A stretch of 64,000 nt of DNA from an uncultured Actinomycetota bacterium. Its GTDB lineage: Bacteria; Actinomycetota; Actinomycetes; CAWDCV01. The notes beneath the pieces are model-generated. The model searched no databases. It was not told where the DNA came from and saw nothing but the letters and a program-made list of their open reading frames with translations. Positions 43,383 through 54,229 of the stretch are shown one piece after another. The stretch spans positions 21,867-85,866 of the forward strand of contig CAWDCV010000002.1 of NCBI GenBank assembly GCA_963801015.1. The letters are read 5' to 3'. The position numbers and the translations under genes were made by a program. Every line of letters starts with the position of its first letter. Position 1 is the stretch's first letter.

Positions 43383-45815
43383 TCACGCACCCACTCTGGC
43401 ACGGGGGCGGCGTCGCTCCGGGCGAGGGAGGGCGGCGGCAATCGCGACGTTCCCCAGCGACGCCTGCGAGCTCGCGTCACCCGTCCCCTCGCGCGCGACG
43501 ACGCGCAGGGTTTCACTCGTCCCGACGACGGCGACATCGCCGTCGAGGTCGGTGCGCCGGGCCTGGGCGCCAAGGCTGCTGATGAGATGCTCAGTCGCCG
43601 CGGACGGATGTCCGTAGTCGTTGTCCGCGCCCACCGAGGTGATCGCTACTCGCGGCGCTACCGCGGCCAAGAATGCTGGCTCCTGATAGCGCGAGCCATG
43701 GTGCGGGACCTTCAGGACATCGACGCGAAGGTTCTCGTCGCCGGCGCCGAGCAACGCGCGCTGTGCCGCCGGCTCGATGTCCCCAGCCAGCAGCAGCCGG
43801 ACGCCGGACTGCTCGACGAGGAGCACAACGCTGGCATTGTTGGGCACCGACTCGTCGGTCGTGATGATGCGCCGGGGCCAGAGGACCCGCCACGACAGCG
43901 AGCCGATGCGGTGGGCTTCGCCGACGGTGGCGGCAGTCACCGCAACGCCTGCCGCTGTCGCCTGGCGCAGCACCTCCTCGGTTTGCGCGCGCGGCTCCCG
44001 GAGCGGACCCACCTGCACCTCACCGACCGAGCGCCCACGCAGGACTCCGGGCAGACCATCGACATGGTCGGCATGCATGTGAGTCAGCACCAGCACCGGG
44101 ACCGACCGGATCCCCAGATTGCGCAGGCATCGATCCACCGGCTCAGGATCGGGACCAGCGTCGACGACGACTCCGACACCCGGACCAACGGACAGGACGA
44201 TCGCGTCTCCCTGACCGACGTCGCAGACGACGGCGATCCACGCCTCCGGCGGCCAGCCCACGCTCCACTGGCGCTGCGCCGGGCCCAGGACGACGACGAG
44301 CATGACCAGTGCGGCCGCACCAGCGGTGACAAGGCGGCGTGCGCGATGTCGCGCACGACGCCGCCGCACGAGGCCGCCCACAGCGAAGGCGGCAACGGTG
44401 ATGACCGCCAGCGCTGCACCGCCCACGACCCCACCCGGCCAGGACACGGCCGCGGACGGCACGTCGGCCCCGCGCTGCGCAACCTGCACGATCCACCACG
44501 CCGGGACGCCAGCCAACGACCCGAGCAGCCCCGCCAGTGGTGGAAGCAGTGGCTCGGTCGCCGCCGCGAGGACACCGAGCACCGTGGCAGCCGGCACCGC
44601 AGGCGCGACGAGCAGGTTCGCCGGCACCGCCACCAGGCTCACCTGGGACGCCAGCATGGCGACGAGCGGCCCGCACGCCGCCTGTGCCGCCGCCGGCACG
44701 GCCACGGCGTCCGCGAGTGGCCGGGGCCACCGTCGGCGCAGCAGGGCGTCCCGCCATCGCGGCGCCAGCAGCAGGATCGAGCCAGTCGCCACGACACTGA
44801 GCGCGAAACCGTACGACCGCGCCAGTGCTGGGTCGATCAGCACCAACACCAGCACCGCCGTGCACAGCGCCGGGAGGCCTTGCCGCCGCCGGCCGCTCGC
44901 GAGCGCAACGACGATGACCAGACCCATCACGGCGGCCCGCAGCACCGAGGGTTCCGGACGAGCCAGGACGACGAAACCCGCGATGGCCACGGCACCCAGC
45001 ACCGCCGGCACGCGCCCCCGCAGGCCGACCCAGCGCGCCGAGAACAGCACCACACCGAGCACGATGGCCACGTTCGCCCCACTGACGGCGAGCAGATGTG
45101 CCAGGCCCGAGGTGCGGAAGTCCTCCTCGAGCTCCGTCGGTAGGCGCGAGGTGTCGCCGACGACGAGGCCTGGCACCAATCCGCGTTCGGCCGGCGGGAG
45201 TGCCGACACGGCGTCGCGCAGGCCCGACCGCAGCCTGGCAGCCACCCGTTGAATCAAGGGCGGCGCATCCAGGGCTTCAGGCGGCCCCCGGGCGCCAACG
45301 ACCGCGACTAAGGAATCGCCATCACGCGGCGGCGACAGCCGTCCCGTGGTCGCAATCCGCGCCCCAGGCACGAGCTGTTGCCAACCCACGTCGTCGGCGC
45401 CCGCAATCACGAGCCCCGGGGCGCGCGTCCACGCACTCTGCCCGCGCGCTGTCACCCGCTCGATGCGCGCATGCACGAGGACCGTGGGCGACGCCGTTTG
45501 GTGCTGGCTCTCGCGCAGCTGTGGATCGGCGGTCACGACGAGCTCGACGCGGGCGACCGCACGCTCCACCGCCAGCGCGCGCAGCGGCCCGCCCTGGATC
45601 GCTGCCACGCGCATGCCCGCAGCCAAGGCGGCAGCGAGTGCGCAGAGCAGTGACGCAGCAACGAGGTAACGCCCGCGTCCACCGGCCACTACCGCGGTGA
45701 AGGCGCCGACCGCAATCAGCATCGCAGTCGCGATGGCCGGCAAGAGCGGCGTGACCCATGCGGCGGCCCATGTCGCTCCCGCGGCCGGCACGAGCCGCCC
45801 GTCGATCGCTTTCAT
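43383..45815 (-). CDS. comEC: ComEC/Rec2 DNA internalisation channel with metallo-beta-lactamase domain
   Basis: 810 aa. N-terminal DUF4131-like TM region, a competence domain, and a C-terminal MBL domain (VCDVGQGDA, LTHMHADHVDGL). Confidence 0.85.
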   Translation of the reverse strand: MKAIDGRLVPAAGATWAAAWVTPLLPAIATAMLIAVGAFTAVVAGGRGRYLVAASLLCALAAALAAGMRVAAIQGGPLRALAVERAVARVELVVTADPQLRESQHQTASPTVLVHARIERVTARGQSAWTRAPGLVIAGADDVGWQQLVPGARIATTGRLSPPRDGDSLVAVVGARGPPEALDAPPLIQRVAARLRSGLRDAVSALPPAERGLVPGLVVGDTSRLPTELEEDFRTSGLAHLLAVSGANVAIVLGVVLFSARWVGLRGRVPAVLGAVAIAGFVVLARPEPSVLRAAVMGLVIVVALASGRRRQGLPALCTAVLVLVLIDPALARSYGFALSVVATGSILLLAPRWRDALLRRRWPRPLADAVAVPAAAQAACGPLVAMLASQVSLVAVPANLLVAPAVPAATVLGVLAAATEPLLPPLAGLLGSLAGVPAWWIVQVAQRGADVPSAAVSWPGGVVGGAALAVITVAAFAVGGLVRRRRARHRARRLVTAGAAALVMLVVVLGPAQRQWSVGWPPEAWIAVVCDVGQGDAIVLSVGPGVGVVVDAGPDPEPVDRCLRNLGIRSVPVLVLTHMHADHVDGLPGVLRGRSVGEVQVGPLREPRAQTEEVLRQATAAGVAVTAATVGEAHRIGSLSWRVLWPRRIITTDESVPNNASVVLLVEQSGVRLLLAGDIEPAAQRALLGAGDENLRVDVLKVPHHGSRYQEPAFLAAVAPRVAITSVGADNDYGHPSAATEHLISSLGAQARRTDLDGDVAVVGTSETLRVVAREGTGDASSQASLGNVAIAAALPRPERRRPRARVGA

Positions 45816-46720
45816 CAGACGCGCACCAGCGGGCGCAGATCCTCGAGCCGTTGCTCACCGATGCCGCTGACCTCCTGCAGCTCGTCGACGTTCGTGAACC
45901 GGCCGTGCGCCGTGCGCCAGTCGACGATGCGCTGGGCCAACACGGGGCCGAGGCCCGGAAGGTTCTGCAGCTGATCGAGGGTGGCGGCGTTGAGGTCGAG
46001 CGGGCCCCCGGCAGCACCCTGAGTCGGAACCGGTGCTCCCGGCCCTGCAACCGGTGCCCCGACGGCCGCGGGCAATCCGACGAGGACCTGCTCGCCATCG
46101 ACGAGGACGCGCGCCAGGTTGACACCGGTGGTGTCGGTGCCCGGCAGCGCGCCGCCGGCCGCCTGGATGGCATCCGCAACCCGAGCACCCGAAGGCAGCG
46201 TCACGATGCCCGGCTGGGCCACGCTGCCTGCGACGTGCACGACGAGCACCGTGGTCGGTGTCGGCGATGCCACCGCGTCGCCCGCCGCTGGGAACGTCGG
46301 TGGCGCGGCGTCGTCCGCCGGCGCGGGCGATGCAGTCGATCCGACCGAGACGCTCTCGGCTCGCGCCGGCACATCGGCGGCTACGGGCCAGGAACGCCAC
46401 ACGTACCACGCGGCGATCAGCATGCTCAGAACCGCGAGGACAGCGAGTGCCGCGAGAGCACGGCCGTCGAAGATCCGTCGATCGGTGCGGGGCCGCGCAT
46501 GCGCACCAAGGACGCGGCCACGTACGGCTAGCCCGTCGTCAACGGCAACGGCACCAGGGTCGTCATCGAGCCCGCTCGGTGTCCAGCCGGAACGTACGGC
46601 GGAAACCACTCGCTCGAGGCGCGCCTGAGCAGCCTCGACATCATCGGGGTCCGGCTCTGATCGGCGAAGGGAGAAGCGATGGCTCAGCACGTCGGCGACG
46701 CTAAGCGCCACCGTCGCCAC
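45815..46720 (-). CDS. comEA: ComEA-like DNA-binding protein (SLBB + helix-hairpin-helix)
   Basis: C-terminus LDLNAATLDQLQNLPGLGPVLAQRIVDWRTAHGRFTNVDEL. Start uncertain. Confidence 0.75.
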   Translation of the reverse strand: MATVALSVADVLSHRFSLRRSEPDPDDVEAAQARLERVVSAVRSGWTPSGLDDDPGAVAVDDGLAVRGRVLGAHARPRTDRRIFDGRALAALAVLAVLSMLIAAWYVWRSWPVAADVPARAESVSVGSTASPAPADDAAPPTFPAAGDAVASPTPTTVLVVHVAGSVAQPGIVTLPSGARVADAIQAAGGALPGTDTTGVNLARVLVDGEQVLVGLPAAVGAPVAGPGAPVPTQGAAGGPLDLNAATLDQLQNLPGLGPVLAQRIVDWRTAHGRFTNVDELQEVSGIGEQRLEDLRPLVRV

Positions 46721-46785
46721 GGCGGCCCGTCAGCACGAATCTGTGGACAGATACGGCATGTGGATAACCCGGATCGTCCGCGGGC

Positions 46786-47634
46786 TCAGCCGCGCGGGGC
46801 AACCACCACGGCGACCATGCCGGGTCCGACGTGAGCGCCCACGACAGCTCCCACTTCGCTCACCGACAGCTCCATTAGGCGCGGCAACCTCGCCCGCAGA
46901 CCCGCCGCGAGCTGCTCCGCGCGTACGGAACTCGCCAGGTGATGTACGGCCGCATCGACCGGGCCGGCACCGGCACGTTCGACGGCCAGGTCCTCGAGCC
47001 GCGAGAGAGCCCGAGACGACGTCCGCACCTTCTCCAGTGGAGCAATCTTGCCCTCGGTGACGTGCAGCAGCGGCTTCACGGCCAGCGCCGAGCCGATGAG
47101 CGCTTGGGCAGCACCGATGCGGCCACCCCGCCGCAGGTACTCGAGGGTGTCGACGTAGAACAGCGTTGAGGTTGCGCGTGCACGCCTCACAGCTGCATCG
47201 ACAACGGCATCGACATCAGCGCCCTCAGCTGCCACCGATGCAGCGCTGACAACCGAGTAGCCCAGCGCCATGCCAAGGGAGCGTGAATCGACCGCCTGCA
47301 CAGGCAGCGGCGCCGACTTCGCGGCGAGCACCGCCGAATCGAAGGTGCCGGACATCGCGGCCGACAGGTGAATGGAGACAACGGCCTCTGCACCGTCCGC
47401 CTGCGCCTTCTCGTACGCAGCGAGCAGGGCCGCCGGCGACGGGCGCGATGTGGAAACCGGAGTCCACGACCGGAGGGCGGTAGCGACGTCCGATGCTGTC
47501 GCCTCGCTGCCATCGTCGAAGACCTGGCCCCCGATCACGACAGACAGCGGCACCACGATGATGCCGCAACGCTCGAGGACGTCCAGGGGAAGCGACGCAG
47601 TCGAGTCCGTGACCACCGCGACCCGGCTGCTCAT
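46786..47634 (-). CDS. DegV-family fatty-acid-binding protein
   Basis: Last 282 codons of the ORF. Begins at ATG 47634 with MSSRVAVVTDSTASLP. Confidence 0.8.
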   Translation of the reverse strand: MSSRVAVVTDSTASLPLDVLERCGIIVVPLSVVIGGQVFDDGSEATASDVATALRSWTPVSTSRPSPAALLAAYEKAQADGAEAVVSIHLSAAMSGTFDSAVLAAKSAPLPVQAVDSRSLGMALGYSVVSAASVAAEGADVDAVVDAAVRRARATSTLFYVDTLEYLRRGGRIGAAQALIGSALAVKPLLHVTEGKIAPLEKVRTSSRALSRLEDLAVERAGAGPVDAAVHHLASSVRAEQLAAGLRARLPRLMELSVSEVGAVVGAHVGPGMVAVVVAPRG

Positions 47635-47666
47635 GGGCGGAGCGTAGTGCCGCGACGACGCCGGAC

Positions 47667-48200
47667 CTACTCCTGCGTGCTCGTCGTGCTGCCTCGAGGG
47701 CAGCTCTCTGCAGAGTCGACCTGCGAGAGGATGCGGGTCCCGATGCTGCGCAACTGAGCGCGCTGAGAAACAGTCAGCGCATCGAAGACGTACGCCCGCA
47801 CTGCCGCGACGTGGTCGGGAGCAGCGGCGACCACCTTGTCCATGCCGGCATTGGTGAGAACCGCATTGGTGGCGCGACCGTCGTGCGGACAAGGCTCACG
47901 ACGCAGATACTTCTGCTTCTCCAACCGACTCGCCACATGGGACAGCCGTGACGGCGAGGCGTGCGTGAGGGCGGCCAGCTCACTCATCCGCATCGTCCGT
48001 GCGGGACGCTCGGACAGCATGGCCAGGACCATGTACTCGAAGAAACTCAGCCCTGCATCACGCTGCAGCTGAGCGTCCAGGGCGGCCGGCAGCTTGACCA
48101 TGACGGCGGCGAGGGCAAGCCACGTCGATCGCTCGTCGCCATCGAGCCACTGAGCGTCGGCCAGCGCCTCCTTCGTGGGACGCCTTCGTGCCTGCGCCAT
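47667..48200 (-). CDS. MarR-family transcriptional regulator
   Basis: ATG 48200. Winged-HTH region MVLAMLSERPARTMRMSELAALTHASPSRLSHVASRLEKQKYL. Confidence 0.8.
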   Translation of the reverse strand: MAQARRRPTKEALADAQWLDGDERSTWLALAAVMVKLPAALDAQLQRDAGLSFFEYMVLAMLSERPARTMRMSELAALTHASPSRLSHVASRLEKQKYLRREPCPHDGRATNAVLTNAGMDKVVAAAPDHVAAVRAYVFDALTVSQRAQLRSIGTRILSQVDSAESCPRGSTTSTQE

Positions 48201-48224
48201 GACACCACTGTACAGGCAAGTAAT

Positions 48225-48270
48225 TGACAGTTCAAACAAAAAATGGATACGTTTGTTGAGAGTTCAACAA
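48225..48270. promoter_or_regulatory. candidate MarR operator in the marR/doxX divergent intergenic region
   Basis: AT-rich patch. Inverted repeat TCAAACAAA (48232-40) and TTTGTTGA (48252-59). Direct repeat AGTTCAA x2. Confidence 0.3.
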
Positions 48271-48291
48271 TCTCTGCAGAGGAGATCAACA

Positions 48292-48669
48292 ATGAACGTC
48301 GTCCTATGGATCATCGCGGCCGTGCTGGCCATTGCGTTCTTCGCTGCCGGCGTCGCCAAGCTGACTCAGCCCAAAGAGAAGCTGCGCCAACAGATGGCCT
48401 GGGTGGAGGACTTCTCCCCCGGGACGGTCAAGATGATCGGTGCTCTCGAGATCTTGGCCGCCATCGGTCTCATCGTGCCGGCTGCGCTCGACATCGTCCC
48501 CGTTCTCGTACCTCTTGCTGCGACCGGTCTCGTAGCCATCATGGTCGGAGCAGCGTTGACGCACGCGCGCCGCAAGGAGTACCCCATGATCGCCGTCAAC
48601 AGCGTCCTGCTGATCCTGGCCGCCATCGTCGCGTGGGGTCGATTCGGTCCCTATTCCTTCACTGCCTGA
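48292..48669 (+). CDS. DoxX-family membrane protein
   Basis: ATG 48292 after GAGGAG. 125 aa with four TM segments. Begins MNVVLWIIAAVLAIAFFAAGVAKL. Confidence 0.75.
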   Translation: MNVVLWIIAAVLAIAFFAAGVAKLTQPKEKLRQQMAWVEDFSPGTVKMIGALEILAAIGLIVPAALDIVPVLVPLAATGLVAIMVGAALTHARRKEYPMIAVNSVLLILAAIVAWGRFGPYSFTA

Positions 48670-48710
48670 CGACACCCAAACGATCCTCCAACAACGAAAG
48701 CAGGTCTGCC

Positions 48711-49340
48711 TTGAGCAGCATCAGCATCATCGGCACCGGCAATATGGCTCGTGGCATCGCCACGCGCGCGGTTGCAGGCGGAAACGACGTTCAGATCCTG
48801 AGCCGCGACTCGGCCAGGGCCGCAGCGCTCGCCGACGAGGTCGGAAAGGCCAGCAGCGGCGAGCTCGGCGATCCAATCACCGGCGACATCGTGATTCTCG
48901 CTCTGTACTACGACGCCTCGAAGTCCGTCATAGAGCAGTACGGCAACGCCCTCGACGGCAAGGTCGTGGTGGACATCTCCAATCCGGTGGACACGGCCAC
49001 GTTCGCTGGACTGGTCGTCCCTGCTGATAGCTCGGCCGCGCAGGAGATTGCCGCACTCGTGCCGAGCGCTGCGGTGGTCAAGGCGTTCAACACCACGTTC
49101 GCGGGCACCCTCGCCGCTGGCGAGGTCGAGGGGCAGCCATTGGATGTGCTGATCGCCGGCGACGACGATGCGGCAAAGCGAGCGGTCTCTGAACTCGTTG
49201 AGAGCGCTGGCCTGCGTCCGCTCGACGTCGGCGACCTCTCCAAGGCTCGCTGGCTCGAGGGCATCGGCTTCCTGCACATCGGGCTGCAGCTAAGCAGGGG
49301 CACCAACTTCGCCACCGCCGTCAAGCTCATCGGCGGTTGA
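48711..49340 (+). CDS. NAD(P)-binding Rossmann oxidoreductase, F420-dependent NADP reductase (Npd)-like
   Basis: Tail of the 365-aa ORF. TTG 48711. Begins SISIIGTGNMARGIATRAV. Confidence 0.6.
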   Translation: MSSISIIGTGNMARGIATRAVAGGNDVQILSRDSARAAALADEVGKASSGELGDPITGDIVILALYYDASKSVIEQYGNALDGKVVVDISNPVDTATFAGLVVPADSSAAQEIAALVPSAAVVKAFNTTFAGTLAAGEVEGQPLDVLIAGDDDAAKRAVSELVESAGLRPLDVGDLSKARWLEGIGFLHIGLQLSRGTNFATAVKLIGG

Positions 49341-49343
49341 CGA

Positions 49344-51812
49344 CTACGCAGGGACGACGTTCACCAGCTTCGGCGCGCGCACGACGACATTTCGGACCTC
49401 CCGACCGTCGAGCGCGCGCTGAACTGCAGCATCCTGCAGCGCAAGATCGCGCAGCTTGTCGTCGTCGATGGACGGCGGCACCTGCAGGCGACTGCGTACC
49501 TTGCCCGCCACCTGCACAACGCACGTGACGCTCTCCTGCACCAGCAGCTCGGCCTCGACCTTCGGCCACCCCGCCAACGCGACGGTGGGCTCATGTCCCA
49601 GACGCGACCACATCTCCTCGGCGGTGTACGGCGCAAACAGCGACAGCATCAGCGCGGTGTACTCCACGGCTTCGCGTACCGCAGCATCGTCGGGACCGCA
49701 CCCCGAATCGATCGCCTTCCGTGCCGCGTTGACGAGCTCCATGATGCGCGCCACCGCGACGTTGTAGCGGTAGGACTCGATGAGCTCGGTGACGTCGTGG
49801 ACCGTTCGATGAGTAACCTTGCGCAGCTCGACGTCACCGGTCGACGTGTCGACATCGAGGGACGAGGTCACGTCGCCTGCCAGCCGCCAGGCGCGTGACA
49901 GAAACTTCATCGATCCCGACGGCGAAACATCTGCCCAGTCGATGTCGGCGACGATTGGACCGGCGAAGACCATCGTCAGCCGGACGGCATCGACGCCGTA
50001 TGTGTCGATCTGTTCCCCAAGGTCGACGCCATTGCCGAGCGACTTCGACATCGCCCTGCCCTGATTGATGACCTGCCCTTGGTTCATGTGTGCCGCGAAC
50101 GGCTCGACGAAGTCGACCAATCCCATGTCGTGCAGCACCTTGGTCACGAACCGCGAGTACAGCGTGTGCAAGATCGCGTGCTCGACGCCGCCGGTGTACA
50201 TGGCAACCGGCATCCACTCCTTCACGTCGTCGACGTCGAACGCGACGTCGTCACGATCCGGCGAGCAGTACCGCAGGAAGTACCACGACGAGTCGACGAA
50301 GGTGTCCATCGTGTCGCTGTCACGCTTCGCCGGGCCATCGCACTTGGGGCACTGCGTGTTGACCCAGTCCGTTGCTGCAGCGAGCGGTGAGACTCCGCGT
50401 GGTGCCAGATCATGGCCGCGCAGGTCCGGCAGTCGTACCGGCAGCTGGTCCTCCGGTACCGGGACCTCGCCGCAGTCGGGACAGTGCACGATCGGGATCG
50501 GTGCACCCCAGAATCGCTGACGGGAAACCAGCCAGTCGCGCAACCGGTAGTTGACGGCACCCTCGCCCAGGCGTTCCGCTTCGAGCAGTTCGATGATGCG
50601 CGCGATGGCGTCATCCTTGGTCAGACCGTCGAGCGGTCCCGAGTTGACCAGGATCCCGTCGCCAGCCGTCGCAACACCGCTGACCGCTGGGTCGTCTTCC
50701 TCTGAGTCAACGACGACCCGGACCGGCAAATCGAACCGCAGTGCGAAGTCCAGGTCGCGCTGGTCGTGCGCGGGAACGGCCATGATGGCGCCGGTGCCGT
50801 AGTCGGACAGCACATAGTCGGCAGCCCAAATGGGCAGTCGCTCGCCGTTGACAGGATTGATGGCGTAGCGGCCCAGGAAGACGCCGGTCTTCTCGCGGTC
50901 GGTCGACAGGCGTTCGATGTCGGTCTCGCTCGCGACCTTCTCGACGTACGCATCGAAGGCGGCGCGTTGCTCGGGAGCGCACAGCTCGTCCGCCAGCGGT
51001 GCATCAGCCGCCACAACGAAGAACGTGGCGCCGTACAAGGTGTCGGGACGGGTCGTGAAGATCGTTACCGGCTCGTCGCGGCCCTCGATCTCGAAGTCGA
51101 CGGAGGCGCCATGCGACCGGCCGATCCAGTTGCGCTGCATCAACAGGACGCGCTCCGGCCACTTCCCTTCCAGCATCGCCATGTCGTCCAGCAGCCGGTC
51201 GGCGTAGTCGGTGATCTTGAAGAACCACTGCGTCAGTTGACGCTTCGTGACCTGGAATCCGCAGCGCTCGCAGTGGCCTTCGATGACCTGCTCGTTAGCG
51301 AGCACGGTCTGGTCATTCGGGCACCAATTGACCGGCGATTCTTTGCGGTAGGCCAGCCCACGCTCGTACAGGCGCAGGAACAGCCACTGCGTCCATCGGT
51401 AGTAGCTGGGATCGGACGTCGCCAAGCGGCGCGACCAGTCGAACGACGTGGCGTAGCGCTTGAACGACGCGGCCTGCGTCTCGATGTTGGCGTACGTCCA
51501 GTCGGCCGGATGCTCGTTGCGCTGGATCGCGGCATTCTCGGCGGGCAGGCCGAACGAGTCCCAGCCGATCGGGTGCAAGACGTCGTAGCCGCGCTGGAAC
51601 CAGTACCGCGCCGGCACATCGCCGATGGCGAACGCCTCGCCGTGTCCCATGTGTAGATCGCCCGAGGGGTACGGGAACATGTCGAGGATGTACGTGCGCG
51701 GCTTGCCCGCGCGTCCATGGGAGCCCGCGCGGAACGGGTCGAGCTCCTCCCACACCGGCAGCCATTTCTTCTGCGCGGCGGCGACGTCGTAGGTCTCGGT
51801 AGGTGTGGTCAT
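49344..51812 (-). CDS. leuS: leucine--tRNA ligase
   Basis: HIGH motif ([12 protein letters not shown]), KMSKS-like (AMSKSLGNG). 822 aa. Confidence 0.9.
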   Translation of the reverse strand: MTTPTETYDVAAAQKKWLPVWEELDPFRAGSHGRAGKPRTYILDMFPYPSGDLHMGHGEAFAIGDVPARYWFQRGYDVLHPIGWDSFGLPAENAAIQRNEHPADWTYANIETQAASFKRYATSFDWSRRLATSDPSYYRWTQWLFLRLYERGLAYRKESPVNWCPNDQTVLANEQVIEGHCERCGFQVTKRQLTQWFFKITDYADRLLDDMAMLEGKWPERVLLMQRNWIGRSHGASVDFEIEGRDEPVTIFTTRPDTLYGATFFVVAADAPLADELCAPEQRAAFDAYVEKVASETDIERLSTDREKTGVFLGRYAINPVNGERLPIWAADYVLSDYGTGAIMAVPAHDQRDLDFALRFDLPVRVVVDSEEDDPAVSGVATAGDGILVNSGPLDGLTKDDAIARIIELLEAERLGEGAVNYRLRDWLVSRQRFWGAPIPIVHCPDCGEVPVPEDQLPVRLPDLRGHDLAPRGVSPLAAATDWVNTQCPKCDGPAKRDSDTMDTFVDSSWYFLRYCSPDRDDVAFDVDDVKEWMPVAMYTGGVEHAILHTLYSRFVTKVLHDMGLVDFVEPFAAHMNQGQVINQGRAMSKSLGNGVDLGEQIDTYGVDAVRLTMVFAGPIVADIDWADVSPSGSMKFLSRAWRLAGDVTSSLDVDTSTGDVELRKVTHRTVHDVTELIESYRYNVAVARIMELVNAARKAIDSGCGPDDAAVREAVEYTALMLSLFAPYTAEEMWSRLGHEPTVALAGWPKVEAELLVQESVTCVVQVAGKVRSRLQVPPSIDDDKLRDLALQDAAVQRALDGREVRNVVVRAPKLVNVVPA

Positions 51813-52008
51813 GGTTCCTGCACTCTTCCTGGATGGGTCCTACGCCTAGCGTGCCTGGACATGGAAAGACCCCTCACGCAGGAGGGGTCGGCCGCGCTGA
51901 ACTCGGATCAGCACGGCCCGCTAAGGAGCAGGCGGAACCGCATGGCGCCAGGGTACCGCAGCGTGCAGGAGGGTCCGATTGTCAGTTGTCTCCGGCATGC
52001 TGCGTGGT

Positions 52009-52518
52009 ATGACGATGTTCGAACGAGTAGACCCGCCGCAGGTCGCAGACGAACGAGCGATGCTCCCGGCGTACCTCGACTACCACCGCGCAACGCTGGA
52101 AATGAAGTGCTCTGGTCTGACCGACGACCACCTGCGAGAGCGCAGTGTCGCCGCGTCCTCGCTATCACTGCTCGGCCTCGTACGACACCTCACTGAGGTC
52201 GAGCGCAGCTGGTTTCAGTCGCGGTTCGCCCGGACCGACGCAGCCCCGATCTACTTCAGCGACGACAACCTCGACGGCGACTTCGACGACCTCGATTTTC
52301 CCGATGTCGCGCAGGTGTTCGCGACGTACCGGCAAGCCTGTGAGGAGTCCCGGCGCATCGTTGCTCGTGCTGGATCCCTCGATGATCTGGGCGTACGAGG
52401 CGACGGATCCGAGGTGACGTTGCGCTGGATTCTGCTCCACATGCTGGAGGAGTACGCCCGACACAACGGGCATGCCGACCTGCTACGCCAAAGCATCGAC
52501 GGCGCCACCGGCGAGTGA
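52009..52518 (+). CDS. DinB/DUF664-family protein
   Basis: Start ambiguous: 51979, 52009 or 52015. Four-helix metal-dependent DinB_2 pattern (LRWILLHMLEEYARHNGHADLL). Confidence 0.7.
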   Translation: MTMFERVDPPQVADERAMLPAYLDYHRATLEMKCSGLTDDHLRERSVAASSLSLLGLVRHLTEVERSWFQSRFARTDAAPIYFSDDNLDGDFDDLDFPDVAQVFATYRQACEESRRIVARAGSLDDLGVRGDGSEVTLRWILLHMLEEYARHNGHADLLRQSIDGATGE

Positions 52519-52527
52519 ATACTCGAA

Positions 52528-52798
52528 CTAAAGGTCGACGTACACGTCGAAGCCGTACTGCTCGACGAAGCCGAGCCGCGCGTAAACCCGTGCGGCCGCG
52601 CCGTCGTCGGGGTTCAGGTGCGCGAGCGTCGCCCCAGGCGAATCCTCGATTGAGCAGCCAAGCGCTGAGCGCCGCGGCGATGCCCCGTCGCCGCGCGTCC
52701 GGCCTGACGGCGACGCCACCCAGGAACACGCAGGGGCCCTGTTCAGGGTTCGGACTGCCGGAGCATGCCGGCTGACGAGCCGCGGCGATTCCCGGTCA
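52528..52798 (-). pseudogene. GNAT N-acetyltransferase remnant (frameshifted, N-terminally truncated)
   Basis: Motif A FLGGVAVRPDARRRGIAAAL in one frame (52729 downwards). The motif B end NPDDGAAARVYARLGFVEQ is in the +1 frame (52528-52660). The shift lies near a CTGGGG run. Nothing GNAT-like lies upstream. Confidence 0.4.
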
Positions 52799-52865
52799 GC
52801 TGCCGAGTCGATATCAGTGAGTCCATCAACGGAGGGCTCGAGGGCAGAACGGGAGATGCGACGCC

Positions 52866-53345
52866 ATGAACATCGCGGACAAGACCGTGCTGATGACCGG
52901 TGCCAAGCGCGGCATCGGTCAGGCACTGACGGAAGAGGCTCTTCGACGGCGGGCGAGGCGGGTGTATGCGGGCACGCGGGAGCCGCATGGGCAACGCGGA
53001 TCCTGTGTCGTACAGGGCCCTTGCTCCGCTACCCCTTACGCCGGCGTACTCGATCTCCAAGGCGGCTGCGCTGTCGCTGACCCAGTCGCTGCGCGCGCTG
53101 CTAGCGAGACAGGGCCGCGGGTGCATGCCGTCCTGACCGGACCCACCGACACCGACATGACCCGCGTCCTGAACATCCCCAAGTCGCCGCCGCTCACTGT
53201 TGCTCGCGCCATCCTCGACGGCCTCGACGGCCTCGACGACGGCGAGGAAGACATCTTCCTGACCCCTGTCCCGATCCCTCGCCGAGAGCTGGTACGGCGG
53301 CGCGGCCAAACACTCGAGCGTCAGAACGCGGAGCTCGTGGCATGA
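52866..53345 (+). pseudogene. SDR-family oxidoreductase remnant (internal deletion plus frameshifts)
   Basis: TGAKRGIGQAL Rossmann motif in frame. Catalytic AYSISKAAALSLTQSLRAL (YxxxK) reads only in the +1 frame. Then RVHAVLTGPTDTDMTR is back in frame. The motif spacing is about 80 aa too short. Confidence 0.45.
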
Positions 53346-53804
53346 GCAGAGCACCATCACGAGCGCCGGATTCACCACTGTGCTGTCGGTGGACACACTC
53401 CCGATGAGGCCTTCGCGGCAATCACAAACGTTCGCGGGTGGTGGACGGGAGACGTCGACGGCACGACCGACGAGCTGGGCGGGGAGTTCACCTATCGCTA
53501 CCGCCACCTCCACGTCTCCACGCAGCAGGTCACCGAACTCGTCCCAGGGAAACGGGGCACGTGGCGGGTCCTGGATGCTGCACTGGCGTTCACGAACGAT
53601 CCCGCCGAGTGGGCCGGCACCGACATCAGCTTCGACATCGCACGCCGGGGTGAGGTGACCAAGGTCCGATTCACCCACCGCGGCCTGGTCCCTGAGTTCG
53701 AGTGCCTTGACAGATGCTCGAGCGCCCGGGGCTTCTTCGTGCACGAGAGTTTGCGGCGGTTGATCGCGACGTGTGTGGGGCCCACTCAGCCGCCGTGGGC
53801 GTAG
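53343..53804 (+). pseudogene. SRPBCC-family protein with N-terminal frameshift
   Basis: STITSAGFTTVLSVDTLP is in one frame, then EAFAAITNVRGWWTGDVDG... in another. This is consistent with a 1-nt deletion near 53400. The main frame lacks a start codon. Confidence 0.4.
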
Positions 53805-53840
53805 AGCTCGCGCCGCTGGCTACACATCGAGCGACTCAGC

Positions 53841-54229
53841 TCAGGTCGGCGCCAGCACATCGCAGGATAGTTCAGCTCGTGCCAGGCGCAGATCGGTGGT
53901 CAGGAGTGGGCACCGCCGCTCCTCCGCAAGCGCCACATACAAGCCGTCCAAGACCCGGATACGTTCTCCCAGCTCTAGGGCGCGGCGCAGATGGGCCGCG
54001 GTGGGAAGCACGCTCTCGATGACGAGCGCGGTGGCGTCGTCCAACGCAGAACGTGCGTCAGCGACCGTGAGTTCGTCTGCGCGTACGAAGCGCGCAAGCG
54101 CGGACAGGACCTCGGCGGACAGGTGGCCAGGAGCGCAGGCGTCCTCGCCGACCATCTCGTCGAGCACCCAGGTCGCGGCTGGTCGCCCGAGCACGACATC
54201 GCCAGCGCAGACGCGTCCAGCACGATCAC
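53841..54229 (-). pseudogene. vapC: VapC (PIN-domain) toxin, apparently frameshifted near codon 12
   Basis: MIVLDASALAM from ATG 54229 in one frame. The rest (VLDEMVGEDACAPGHLSAEVLSALARFV...LLTTDLRLARA) is in the frame of ORF 53841..54194. Catalytic D5 and the C-terminal D are retained. Confidence 0.5.
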
